64,000 nt of DNA from Octopus sinensis (lineage: Eukaryota), in NCBI RefSeq assembly GCF_006345805.1, contig NC_042997.1:93620001-93684000 (forward strand), written 5' to 3'. Shown in pieces: positions 11,873 through 24,320 of the stretch. The notes under the pieces were generated by a model. The model was given only the letters and a program-made list of their open reading frames with translations, had not been told where the DNA came from and searched no databases. The position numbers and the translations under genes were made by a program. The stretch's first letter is position 1. Each line of letters begins with the position of its first letter.

Positions 11873-13171
11873 CTATAAAACAAATATCATCATCATTATT
11901 GTTGTTATCATCACTGTCATTATCGTCATGATAAATGTTATTGTTTCAATGTTTCCAAATATAAATTTTCACTATGTTATCAAGTGCACATCTGTTTCGC
12001 AAGTGTATACAGTATTGTTTTACAAGGTGTTTGGTTTACACTTCTTTAACTGTATCATGATGCTTGTTTTTTTGCTATTACTAACAATAAAACAATATTA
12101 TAAAGGCTCAGTCAGACCTCCAACACAAGCACACATATGATCTGCAGGTAGCTAAGTCAAACACCTGAGTTTAACTTACAGATCCAACGCTTCAAATATT
12201 CCATGTTTTCACCTGGACCTGTTTTGTTAATTGTTTCAACTTTATTTTTAATGTTGCTTTTGTTTGTTGTGATTATTGTGACAGCTTTTGCTGTGTTGAG
12301 AGGTGATTCTGTACAATATGGTGTTATATAAGATGTGTTAGAGTATCAAAAGAAGGTTACGTAACTGTCTAGGTTGTGCTACGATATTAAAAGCGTCTTT
12401 TACAGAATATATACTGTACATAATAAAGCTTTTTATTTTGTGAATAGAGGATTCTATGTAAAGATATGAAGTCTACTAAAGCAGCTATATTAATGTTCAT
12501 GTTTGTTTTTTAATATCTATACCATGATTATTAATTTTATTCTCATTCATTTTTTGACAATATTTTCAAATTATTAATATTATTAATATTATTATTATTA
12601 TTCATATTGTCTTTCTTAATGTAAACCCTTTGTGATCAATAAAGAAATCATTATTATTATTATTATTATTATCATTAAGGTGGCGAGCTGGTAGACTCAT
12701 TAGCACGATGGGTAAGATCCTTAAAGGTATTTCATCTTCATTTTATTTGTATGATCTTGTGCTAATGTAAAAAATTAGTGTGAGATTATGTTTAGTTATG
12801 TCACTTTGCTACATCTGGGCGGCAGTTGAAATGTATTAGCACCATTACAATATGGAAAGAAGGTAAGTATCAATTTTGGAAATGGTTAAGTAAATGGTAA
12901 TACCTTAGTAAGACTTCTAGAATGACAGTAGTCACTCTGCTCTGTCAAACAAGAGTGAAAGAAATATTTACACACACATAAAGACAATAACATCCTAAAT
13001 AATAAATTCAATGAAAGTGGTAAGAGCTACAATAAAAGTAAAGTTAATGTAAATAACAAGACAATAGTAAGTACTCTCATTAAAAGTAACAACAACAACA
13101 ACAATAGTAGTAGTAGTATGGCTAATAAAAAACTGCAGTCCTTATTACAATAGAGCTAAGTGTGTGTGTGT

Positions 13172-13207
<36 letters not shown>

Positions 13208-13391
13208 GACAGAGACAGACAGACAGAGAGTGAGAGGCTTACAATCATATTGATGTCACTTTAGCTTGTATTCTAACTGGCCATTTACACTTTAGCTTCC
13301 TGTCTAACCCAAAATCCTAACCCTTAACCTAATGCAGATTAGGTCATTTCACAGCATAGACTACAGATACACAATAGCAGACTAAAGTAGC

Positions 13392-13396
<5 letters not shown>

Positions 13397-13453
<57 letters not shown>
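13397..13453. repeat. (TA)n microsatellite
   Basis: Direct reading. Confidence 0.95.
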
Positions 13454-13455
<2 letters not shown>

Positions 13456-13679
13456 CCAAAACTCTAAACTCAAGAGTAATTGGTTAATTCCCTTCACCCT
13501 GCCAGTACTTTCTTCTACCATCTCTCACACCAGCCACCTCTTTTCCTAAGTAACTCATACCCCATGCTACCTCCCAGTCTTCCTCCTTCTCAAACCACAT
13601 TTTTCATAAGTTCCATTCATTCCATGCACTTTCTCATCCACTTGTTGTTTCCACCTTTTAGCTTTGCTTTTACTCATTT

Positions 13680-13870
13680 CAGTCATTTGACTCCGGCCAT
13701 ACTGGGGCACCACCTTGAAGGGTTGTAGTCAAACAAATCAACCCCAGAATATATTTATTTAAGCCTAATACTTATTCTATTGATCTCTTTTGCTGAACTG
13801 TCAAGTTACGTAAACACACCAACATAGTTTTCAAGTGGGTGGTGGGGACTAACACCAAGACAGACAGATA
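13680..13870 (-). mobile_element. SINE family A 3' part
   Basis: CAGTCATTTGACT..GGCCATACTGG..CACC...TACTTATTCTATTGATCTCTTTTGC. Confidence 0.65.
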
Positions 13871-13891
13871 CACACACACACACATATATAT

Positions 13892-14264
13892 AGGTGCAGG
13901 AATGGCTGTATGGTAAGAAGCTTGCTTCCCAACCACATGGTTCTGAGCTCAGCCCCACTGCATGGCACCATGGGCAAGTGTCTTCTACTATAACCTCAAG
14001 CCAACCAAAGCCTTGTGAGTGGATTTGGCAGATGGAAACTGAAAGAATCCCATTGTGTGTGTCTTTCTTGTTCCCCCTTATCACTGCTTGACAACTGGTG
14101 CTGGTATGTTTATGTCCCCATAGCTTAGCGGTTCGATAAAAGAGACCAATAGAATAAGTACTAGGCTTTAAAAAATAAGTCCTGGGGTTGATTTGTTCAT
14201 CTAAAAAATCTCTTCAAGGCAGTGCTCCAGTATGGCCACAGTCAAATGACTGAAACAAGTAAAA

Positions 14265-14266
<2 letters not shown>
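13892..14266 (+). mobile_element. Full-length SINE family A copy
   Basis: Head TGGCTGTATGGTAAG...GAGCTCAGCCCC, central GGCACCATGGGCAAGTGTCTTC, tail GTCAAATGACTGAAACAAGTAAAAG, then (TA)n. Confidence 0.8.
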
Positions 14267-14317
<51 letters not shown>

Positions 14318-14324
14318 TACACAC

Positions 14325-14480
14325 GATGAGCTTCTTCCAGTTACTGTCTACCAAATCCATTCATGAGGCTTGGGTTGGGGTGATGCAATAAAAGACACTT
14401 GCCCAAGATGCCACACACTGGGATTGAACCTGGAACCATGTGGTTGGGAAGCAAGCTTCTTACCACAAAGCCACACCTGC
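14325..14480 (-). mobile_element. SINE family A 5' part
   Basis: GACACTTGCCCAAG...GGGATTGAACCTGGAACCATGTGGTTGGGAAGCAAGCTTCTTACCAC. Confidence 0.7.
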
Positions 14481-15839
14481 ACCTATTCATTTTCTTTTTT
14501 TCTTCTTTTTTTTTCACTACCACTGGACATTAACTATTACTACTCTGTTAACATGTCTGAGTCTGAAAGTTTTTACTTATTACTCTTTGTCATAACCAAA
14601 CTTGCCTAATTTCAAAGTGGTTTGAACTGACTGACATTACCTATTTCTCCAATGTCTTTAATCTTTATTATAATGGAGCTAAATTGACTCAGGACTGACC
14701 TGAAGCTAAATAGGAACAAAAGATACAATCACACACATTCGTGTACACACACACACACACACAGCTATACACACACACATGCACACAGCTACACCTCCCC
14801 GTACACAGTTATATTCCCTCACACACTGCTACATCTCCACAGACACACACATACACACATGCACATACACATGCAGCTACACACATGCAGATACACAGAC
14901 ACTTTCTTACAGATACAAGAGACAAACACAGCTACACAATACAACCACTTGATCAGTTAGAAATAGTAACCAAATCTTAAGGAAAGGAGAATACATTGGA
15001 TATTATCATCCTAGCTATATTGTGCCTGAAAAAAGAAAAGAGAAAAAGATGTAATGACTATGGCAGGAATGACACCTTAGATCAAATGTCTTCAGCTGCA
15101 ATCAGGATTGGAATGGATCTAAACAACACAGAGTTACACAGAAACAGAACCTAAAAGAACTTAAACATACAAACTCATATAAGTAATTTAATATTTGTAA
15201 TATTTAAAGTAACTACTTTGGTTTGGGAAAATCAGTAATCAAGAAAGGTTTTGGAACCAAAGGCTCCAGAAAATCGATGTTGCACTTGTACTGAATGTAC
15301 TGACAATAACAATATTAACATCAACAATATCGAAGTCAAAGACTCTTTGGCAAGGGCAGAATATAACTGAGCACATAATATAACTAATAACAGTACAAGA
15401 CAAATGTATGAAGCACAATTTATGGTAAGCAGCAAGGAATGGTAAAAGGAATGTGCACAAAAAGTACATTTGTTATTTCAACAGTCTGTAATGAATTCCT
15501 CTTCATAGCACAGTATATGGAGAGCAGGTGTCTCAAAGCAACAGTTCACAAAAATTCTATGCTAATTGAAACTAAGTATTCATTATCATTTTAATGTCCA
15601 TTTTTCCATGTTTGCTTGAAGTTTACTGATGCAGATTTTCAACAGCTACATCCCTTCCCATCACCCACCCATAAATGTTTCTAAGCAAGTTATTATTTCC
15701 TCATGGTGAGACATATTCTTGCAAGATACTGGAAATGAATGACACTGTTTGTATGACAGTGATAATCATTTTAGAACTATCATACAAATGTCAAGACAAG
15801 GATATAGAAGCACACACACGTACATATATTCATATACAC

Positions 15840-15995
15840 ACACAATGGACTTCTTTCAGTTTCTGTCAACCAAATCCACTCACAAGGCTTTGGTCAGCCT
15901 GGAGCAATAATAGAAAACACTTGCCCAAGGAGCCATGCAGTGGGACTGAATCTGAAACCATGTGGTTACGAAGCAAACTTCTTGCCACACAGCCA
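15840..15995 (-). mobile_element. SINE family A 5' part
   Basis: CACTTGCCCAAGGAGCCATGCAGTGGGACTGAATCTGAAACCATGTGGTT. Confidence 0.7.
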
Positions 15996-16224
15996 TAAAT
16001 ATGATGATGTTTTTAAAAAATAATATTAAATGCTAAAAACTATTATATTTTCAATGAAATATTTAAATATTACAACAAAATATAGATTCAAACAATTATT
16101 TTGTTGCATAAATACTATGAAACAAAACCACAACAAAACTAATTCATATCTAGAGAATTTAGAAAAATTTATCATGCTTTATTTGTAGCAGAGATAGTTT
16201 TTAATTTTACCTTTAAAGTACAAG

Positions 16225-16680
16225 CATGGTTGTGTAGTTAAGAAACTTGCTTCCAACCATGTAGTTTTAGGTTCATCTCCACTACACAGCATCTTAGACA
16301 AGTGTCTACTACTATAGCCTTAGCATGTTCAGAGCCTTGTAAGTGGATTTGGCAGACAGAAACTCAAAGAAACTTGTCATATATACGCATACATGCATGC
16401 ATGGGTGTGTGTGCATGTATGTCCTTATCTTGACATCATGTGATGGTTCTAAACAAGCATCTCTGTCATGCAAGCAATATCATTCATTTCCTGTTTTCCA
16501 TGGAGAAAATTTGACCATGGGGAAATAATGACTTGCTCTGAAACTAGTGAGAGTTGTCAACAGGAAGAGCATCCACCTGTAGAAAATCCACCTCAACTAA
16601 TTCTATCTGATCCATGCCAGCATGGAAAAGTGGATGTTAAACAATGATAATGATCATCACCATCACCAATGATGATGATG
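16225..16680 (+). mobile_element. SINE family A head followed by an RTE-type tail
   Basis: GCATGGTTGTGTAGTTAAGAAACTTGCTTCCAACC... and ...CATGCCAGCATGGAAAAGTGGATGTTAAAC(ATG)n. Confidence 0.55.
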
Positions 16681-17001
16681 AGTGTGTTTGTGGAAAATCT
16701 GGCAACATTCTATTTGAAAACTATCAATCAAATAAACTCTAATAAACCAGTTTATGAGTTTCTATGATGTCACCCAAAATGCTCAAGGTAACTACCAATA
16801 AATTCCGTTTTAGCTTTCAGATTATTCTGTCAGTTGTAATCCATATTCATTCACATTGTCTTGAACTATATTGTAGATTGAATATTTTGATATGATTGAT
16901 TATTTTTAAATATGACATTGTAGGATAAGTGTAAAGGTCTGGAACTGGCCAGTTTGAACATAAAACAGATAGACTATTTTGGCTAGATATGGCTAGTTTA
17001 A

Positions 17002-17216
17002 CCCCTTCATACTTAAACTAGCCATAACCAGCTCAAATATTCTGATACTATGTGAAAACTGGCCAGATCTGTCCTCTTACACCAACCCTATAATGTCATT
17101 GTAAAAATAAACAACCACATCATTAAAATCTCAAAGCTATGAGATAATGCATGATTAATTCAAAACACTGAATAAATAAGCATTAAATTTGACAGAGTAA
17201 TCTAGATGCTAAAGAG
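17002..17216. mobile_element. piggyBac-type (TTAA) MITE
   Basis: TTAA-CCCC... and ...GCTAAAGAG-TTAA; same family as 26252-26440 and 52544-52762. An oppositely oriented copy abuts it at about 16805-17000. Confidence 0.6.
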
Positions 17217-17936
17217 TTAAATAATTTTTTTTTTTTAATTATATATCCAAAAGTAAAAGATTGGATGGTTGTAGCTAGTCAGCTGATAGTTTTAACTTGT
17301 CCATAGGTTCATGCTACACTTACAGACACGTTTCATATCCACATATAATACTGCATTAAAAAGTTAGTCCTAAGAGTCAAATCATCAATCTCTGGGCCAT
17401 TAAGTTAGCTCAAGTAAACTTATACAATAATCACTACAAACATTGATCCATGATTATTTAATTTGCATAACAAATAATTAAAATAGATTTTGTCAGAAAT
17501 TAGTTAGCAACTAATTTTTTTTTTCTAATCAATTAAAAAAAAAACTTTTAGTAAATATTTTTGGGTGAAAATTAATGTTTCTTAAACTGTCTTGATGCAC
17601 CAAGTTATCAAAAAGGAAACATAGATCCAAATGCCAGCTAATTCTCTCCTTTTATTCTTTTTCACATTCCTGTCTAATTTTACCTAAACTTATAAAAATA
17701 TATTCTTTCATCAGCATTAACATTTTTATTTCATTTTAAGTTAAAAAAAAACACAATATTTGATGGCTAATAAGTTGCTGGAGTTTATAAAATGTATTTC
17801 AGTTTTGATAGGCCCTCTTTTGCACTACCACTTGCCAAAATCCCAACTCTGACCTTAAATTTATAAAAGATGGATAATTTTCTGATATAAGATGTGCACC
17901 TTATTGGCCATCAAAAACACAGTAATTTAAATTTAC

Positions 17937-18723
17937 CTTATTTACAATAGACCGAGACGCAGGATATATCATGAGGTGTTTGTTTAAATCATCTATCCGA
18001 GTTATTTTAGATGAAATTGACTGAGCTAATTTCAGATTGTTGACTAAAGCACGAGACCTATTTTCAACAGCTGTCCGTGAAATAAAATCTTTCCGTATCA
18101 CAGGCTTTTTTTTCACATCTGTTTTCTCTTCATCTAAATCTTTCTTCACAGTCACCCAGGATACCAATTTATTGAGGTTTGGTTCATTTTTGTTTAAAAC
18201 CACTGAAGCTGTGTTGATAGATTTTGCAGAAACTTGACTACGAACATCTTTCTTGGACTCATAAAAAGAAGCTACACTTTCATGAGTCTCCTTCATCATC
18301 TCTTCAAAAGTAGACAAATCTTTAGTTTTCTGAATGCTTGTATATGAATTTTTGGAAGGTGGGTGCTTAGTATCCTTAGCATGTTTCAAGTTTTCCAAGT
18401 AAGCTTCAACAAATTTATAATAATTTTTTATCATCTGATTAATGTCAGTTTCACGCAGAGTAGCTACATTACCTATATTATTCGTCCTTTTTACTAAATT
18501 TTTCAGTTGATCTTTTACAGAATATAAAAAGTCACGTTTCTTTTTTGAGGTCACATCTTTTGTGACTGTTCTAAAATGAATTGTTGTACATTTTTGATCA
18601 GGCTCTATACGAATAGTAGATGCAGGCCAACTTTTTGGCATGTAGAAAATAAACTGTTTTTGTTTCAGAACAATACTATTTGGAACACTTCGGATACTAG
18701 ACATTTTTTCTTCATTCCAATAT
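17937..18723 (-). CDS. PNPLA8: PNPLA8 coding exon (long N-terminal region, ends ...SRTAVENRSRALVNNLKLAQSISSKITRIDDLNKHLMIYPASRSIVNK)
   Basis: 267-aa ORF; acceptor ttttcag| at 18725-18724; donor AAG|gtaaat at 17936. The C-terminal part resembles the iPLA2-gamma pre-patatin segment (human ...IDNRTRALVQALRR...RVEELTFHLLEFP...). In-frame ATG at 18704. Confidence 0.9.
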
Positions 18724-18994
18724 CTGAAAAAAAAAGGAAAAGAGTTTCCATAAAATAAGCATTCTTTTTATGAATATCAACTTAGAAAATACAATTATTC
18801 TAAGGTAATCTTTGAATATATAATGTATTTCTACAAAAATTAAATCTGAATGCATATAAAAGAAATACTAGAATATACATTACATATGTTATTTGTTCAT
18901 CTATATGTTCATTTTATATTTTTTTTCTTTGTTAGTATGGATTAGGCAAATACATATATTGAAGTATTACACATATTACATATACATACATTAT

Positions 18995-19300
18995 CATAAG
19001 ACAATACACTTGCATGACAGCCAACAACCTTAAGTGAAGGTATATATAGCACATGCACTCCTTCAGGTACAGAGATAGAAAAATTCCACGTCATCTGAAG
19101 AATCTGTGACCATAGAAATAATTTCCGCAGCATTAAATGGAGTATTCTTGATAGGTCCCTTCCTCATTCACCATGAACTTGCAATTGCCAACTCAGTCTC
19201 CAAGAGAAACTACACATACTTCACCAACCCACAGTATCCATTAATGGGAAGAACAAACTACCTAATTGTTGCCACGAATCCCGGCTGCTGATTGAGACTA
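18995..19300 (+). mobile_element. Decayed Penelope-like GIY-YIG endonuclease fragment
   Basis: Hand translation with stops and shifts: YTCMTANNLK*RYI*HMHSFRY... and SIKWSILDRSLPHSP*TCNCQLSLQEKLHIL...NKLPNCCHESRLLI, matching the PLE pattern IKWxIL...CxLCLxEKxHIL...CRH. Confidence 0.6.
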
Positions 19301-20780
19301 CAGTCTACCTATGCTGGTCACACAACCTCAGTTGTAACCCAATACCATCAAAAGAGTTATTCCTACATAAAGACTACTAATTCTAAGTTCAGTGGTGCAT
19401 CTAACAATAACTTCCATTAATACTGGGTACATTCAGTGCCATTACCGTATCTTGAATACTGTACAGATTACTACTACTACTACACACATGTACTATCATT
19501 TACACTTCTTTAATTTATGTACTATATTTTATACATCTTTAATTCAAATGTCAGTCAATTTTCCAACATTTTTGGTATTAGAAGAGAAATGCATAATAAA
19601 ACCAAAAATTGATTTATTAAATTGTTTTTATAAGTATAAATTTTAATCTGATAAAGTAATGAAAAAAACTAAAAACAATAGCCAAGGAGACAGTAAAATT
19701 ACTTAAAATGTACCAATTATCAACAAAATTTAAAAGGAAGCTATTTAGTAATACAAGTTGTGAGCTAGGATACTGTGAAGAAGGTAGTAGGCGGATACAT
19801 TATTAAACTAGTATACTAGCTCAAAGAGCTTGAGTTCAAATCCCCCTTAAGTATTCTGTTGCATGTCTGAGGAGTACTCTTCTTTGTGCCTTAGTCCAAA
19901 AGCTGTTTGAAATAGATGTTCATTTACCTGAGAATGTAACCATTAATACTCATGTATTTAATAGGGTTTCAAGATAAGTTGTTCCCAAACTTACTGTAGT
20001 TACAAGTTATCTATATATATAAAAGAGAGTTTGTATGTGTGTGTGTATATGTTCCTTATGCATTAGAAACTGAGTAGGCGATTTTGACAGATGAGGTATG
20101 AAAAGATTCAGTAATCTTTCAGCTACCACATAAACTTTATTTTCATTTACATATTTTCTTTGTCATCTCAACAATCAGCTATAGTTACTTGAAATACACT
20201 GCTCTACAATGACCAGGTTTCATTAGAAAGTGAAAATGGTTTCACACTTTCAATTTGAACAAAAATTACCAAGTGTTGTATTACAAGAGTGATGATGTGT
20301 GAATGATGAAAGTAATGTTTTTCTGAATTAGTTACATCTGTACGATAATAGAGAAAGCTACTTATCATCTATCTATCTATATATATTTTAAGAAAGTTAG
20401 AGGTTGTGAATCCAACTAACTAAGGGATAATATCTATCCAATATACTGCTGGTAGAATACACAAGTGTTTTTTATTGCATTGAAATTATATTACTGAGTG
20501 TATAAAATGGGTGAGAGTTATTTTACCATTAATTTATAGAGTAATAAGAAAATGGAGGGGATCAATGGGTGGTTCATCAACTTTTAGACATTATATTATG
20601 TCAATTTATTTATCTAGTTACTAAAATGACTATGAATAATATAATGCATCACATAATAATTGATTCTTGTGTATACTTATACTTATACATGCAAATATGT
20701 ATGTACATTTAAGTGTGTATATGTATAAGTATGTAAATGTGTGTGTATTTATAATTATAACTTAACCTTATGTACTTTCT

Positions 20781-20911
20781 AAAATCTCTGACGAAGCCTA
20801 GAGAAACACCCAAGTACCTCAATTTCATCTACTAATTACTTCAGTCTACTGGAGGGATAAAGCTAGAATGAGGCATTTTTGCCTCTTGGCTGAAACAGCT
20901 GTAAGATATTT
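20781..20911 (+). ncRNA. Type I hammerhead ribozyme motif with a long stem II insertion
   Basis: Stem I AAAATCT/AGATATT (6/7); core CTGACGA 20788-20794; stem II AGCCTAGAG/CTCTTGGCT (8/9) closing about 80 nt; GAAA 20892-20895; palindromic stem III ACAGCTGT; predicted GUA cleavage after 20903. Confidence 0.7.
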
Positions 20912-21098
20912 TCCCAATTTCTATTCCTGTATGTTATATATTTTGATAATTACTGGTATCTTTATATAGTTTATATGTAAAGCATAATATGTTATACATG
21001 TATGTATATTATTGTAATTGTCATTTTAGTAAATAAATAAACTGACATAATGTCTAAAAGTTGATGAACCACCTATTGATTCCCTCCATTTTCTAATT

Positions 21099-21099
<1 letters not shown>

Positions 21100-21181
<82 letters not shown>
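21100..21181. repeat. (TC)n(TA)n(TG)n compound microsatellite
   Basis: Direct reading. Confidence 0.95.
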
Positions 21182-21440
21182 ATCTGTGCTGGTGGCATGT
21201 GTAAAAGGATTCAAGCGAGGTTCATTGCCAGTACCGCTTGACTGGCCCCCGTGCTGGTGGTACATAAAAAGCACCCACTACACTCTCGGAATGATTGGCA
21301 TTAGGAAGGGCATCCAGCTGTAGAAACTCTGCCAAATCAAGATTGGAGCCTGGTGCAACCATCTGGTTCGCCAGCCTTCTGTCAAAATCGTCCAACCCAT
21401 GCTAGCATGGAAAGTGAACGTTACACGATGATGATGATGA
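21180..21440 (+). mobile_element. RTE-type 3' tail or SINE
   Basis: GTGCTGGTGG.ACATAAAAAGCACCCACTACACTCTCGG...GGAAGGGCATCCAGCTGTAGAAAC...(ATG)n. Confidence 0.7.
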
Positions 21441-21808
21441 TATATATATATAAAGGCTACCAACTAAACTAAGTTTTTGTTATAACAACTCTTTTTTACT
21501 ACTAAAATAACCTCAGAAACAAGGTCGGGTTACAAAATTTTGAGGTCATTTTCAAGCCCTATTTTGATTTGCTTCTAATGTTTCACTTTCGTCCAATGCT
21601 TTACACATGCATAGAATTCTACTTGGGTAAACATGAAAAATAAATATTGTATCAAAATAAGCCATAACCAAAAAAATTTCATTAAAAGACATCCATTTCT
21701 CTATATGTTATGAGGAAATAGTCATTCACTCTCTCTCTCACACATGCACACATACATACAAAAAAGATGTATGCATATGTATTTATGTACATGTATATGA
21801 AAGATAAA

Positions 21809-21839
<31 letters not shown>

Positions 21840-23699
21840 TGCCACTTACACATACATGCACGAAAATACATACATAACACACTCTTTCACTCACATCCAT
21901 TTCATATACACGTACATACATCTTTCACTATGTGCTCTCACTTTCTCCTCTCTTCAAAGCATAAAGAAATAAAAATTTCCTACAGAACTTAACAAACAAT
22001 CATATAATCCCATATGATCAAGTTGACAACTTTGCTGCTTCAAACGAAATGCTATAAAATAACTTCCTTTGGCACACACACACATTCTAGGTAAAACTTG
22101 TGTACGAATTATGTTATTTTTTTGCTGTGTATTTGCACAAAATTACAGCTCAAATCCAATTGAAATTACCTTTTTCTATTCTGTAGTTTGATTTTGTGAT
22201 GAGCGTATTTAAAACCCTGACTCTTCAATATAAACTTAAAAGGAAGTTTTCCCAAAAATCCTGTCTTTTACCTGTTATTTCTAGCATGTCTGAGGTGACA
22301 TTTGTGCACCCCGCTTATTTTTTTCTCTAAATTTCTTCCGATTCCTATGTTTTCGATACAGGAGATTAGGATTCTTCTTTCTCACTTTTTTCCAAATTTC
22401 TTGGTAATCCACAGAGGAAAAACAGAGAGTACAAATATTTAAGAATTTTCTTCTTCCTTTTTTCTTAAAGAAACACTAAAATCTCCTTCCCAAACATCCA
22501 TCCATCACCTCACCACTTTCAAAAAGCTACAAACTCCCAATGTTTCACTTTTAGCTTTTTGGAAAGTGGGAAAGTTTCTTCAGAAATAATGTTTACCTGT
22601 CGTTTCTAGCATGTCGGGTTTTCTGGTGGTGGTCTGGTATTTTTTATGTCTGCTATTTCAGTACAATTTTACGCATGCACAAAATATCAGAAGAAAGTGA
22701 AACATTAGGAGGTTTTTAGCTTTTTGAAAGTAGTTAGGTGATGGGTGGGCAAGGTGAGGGAAGGGATACTGAATGTTTCTTTAAGAAAAATTAAACTTTA
22801 AAAAAAATATATATATTTCCCAGATTCGTGATCTCTTTATTTTTCTAGTGGATAAAAAAAAACTTCGTAAAAAATTACAAATTAAGAAATTGCAGTGGGG
22901 ACGGGGGAAAATTAAAATTTTGAAAATGTGATTTCTGGGTAAACTCATATTAACCCCCTTTAATACAATGAAACAATACATGGTTTGAGATCCTTCTGCA
23001 GAACAGAAGGCACTTTCATGCAAACCCATGCAAACTGTACCTTCCCACTTCACTTTTAAACCAACAATAACTTCCATTACGCCAGTAATCCAGTTCACTA
23101 TATATCAGCTGTATCAATTCTGCCCATAAGAAAGGAACAAATAATACAATGTAGCTGTAGGTCATAACATCCAGGCAACGTCGGGATGCATTGCTAGTTT
23201 TTACTAAATTTTGAGTTTTGTTAATACCAATTTACTGATTAGTTTTGATGAGCAGAAAACCAATTAAAAAAGATGCTCACAATTAATTGAATCCATGAAT
23301 ATTATTATTATTACCTTCTATCTTAGGGTACCATTGGTATTTCAACAATTTTGGAGGGATAAAAAAAATTAAACACACCAAGATTTGAACTTAAAACTAA
23401 GAGAAATAAGATGAAACAATAATGTATTGGTCATCTAGGAAACTGTTTAAATGTTCAACATAATTTTAATGAATATATCAAAAGTATGAACAAAAAATAT
23501 AAACAAATTAGATGCATACGGAACCCATAGAGTCATTGGTATGAGACAAGTTAAAGAAATGTTTGCTTAGCAACGAAATCCTAACACAACATCAAAATCA
23601 GTTTATTACAAAGCCATTGATCCACAGTCTTTCTAGTTGTAATTTCTTTTTGTTACCAGTTAATCAGAGTAACATTAGCAGTATCATGAGCAGCTGTTC

Positions 23700-24320
23700 A
23701 TCCTCCTCTGATGGTGAAAATTGATGAGGTTGTTTGGCTTGAATATCTATAGGTAGTTTGAAAGGAAAACATGTTGGGTGCAGGAAGCATCAAAGTATAT
23801 CTCTGGGGGAAAAAATAAAGTAAATTGTTCAATGTAGGTTCTTGATATCCCTACAATGTGGAAACACAGTAGTAGTATCAAGAGCAGAAAATAAGAAGTA
23901 TTAGATTTGCTTGTATTGAAGAGATATCCATATGGCTTGTTCAGAGGAACAAAGGTCATCATAGTTGTAGTAAAAGAGGCAAAAGAAAGAAACAAATTTG
24001 TGAGTTTGAAGTTGTTGTTTGTTACTGATTGGGTCTTTGCCAATCAGACAAAAGGCCTTGTTTTGATGCACTTTATCATGTTTACATGTAAAGCAATAAT
24101 AGCTCTGCCTCAGATATGTTAGCCATACTTCAGTATAATTGCACTTGAGCTACTTAGTCATCTCACTGGCATAATTTAATTGATACTCAGCAAGAACATT
24201 GCCCACATCCTCTACCTTTCATAAGGTTAACATTACAATTCCATTGATTCATTTCTCTCCAGTATATGTACATCTTTCACAATCATACTGGGCTACAACT
24301 CCTAGAAAATTTTCCATTCC
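23700..24320 (-). mobile_element. Highly decayed LINE AP-endonuclease-like fragment
   Basis: Stop-ridden translation ...SYYCFTCKHDKVHQNKAFCLIGK...SSEQAIWISLQYKQI*YFLFSALDTT loosely follows the APE pattern GY.FF.SG...H..GVGF.I.K...SERI...IISAYAPT. Confidence 0.3.

Larger units (their letters stand above)
20010..23197 (+). mobile_element. Probable non-autonomous Helitron with nested inserts
   Basis: A|TCTATATATATAAAA 5' end at 20010; degenerate hairpin CCAGGC-AAC-GTCGGG 23171-23185, then CTAG|T at 23194-23198. That both ends belong to one element is inference. Confidence 0.5.

Noticed and set aside
15232-15469. Possible extra PNPLA8 exon between 17937 and 11872
   Set aside because: The flanking exons already join in phase and align continuously with known PNPLA8; the segment resembles another repeat near 2220-2300.
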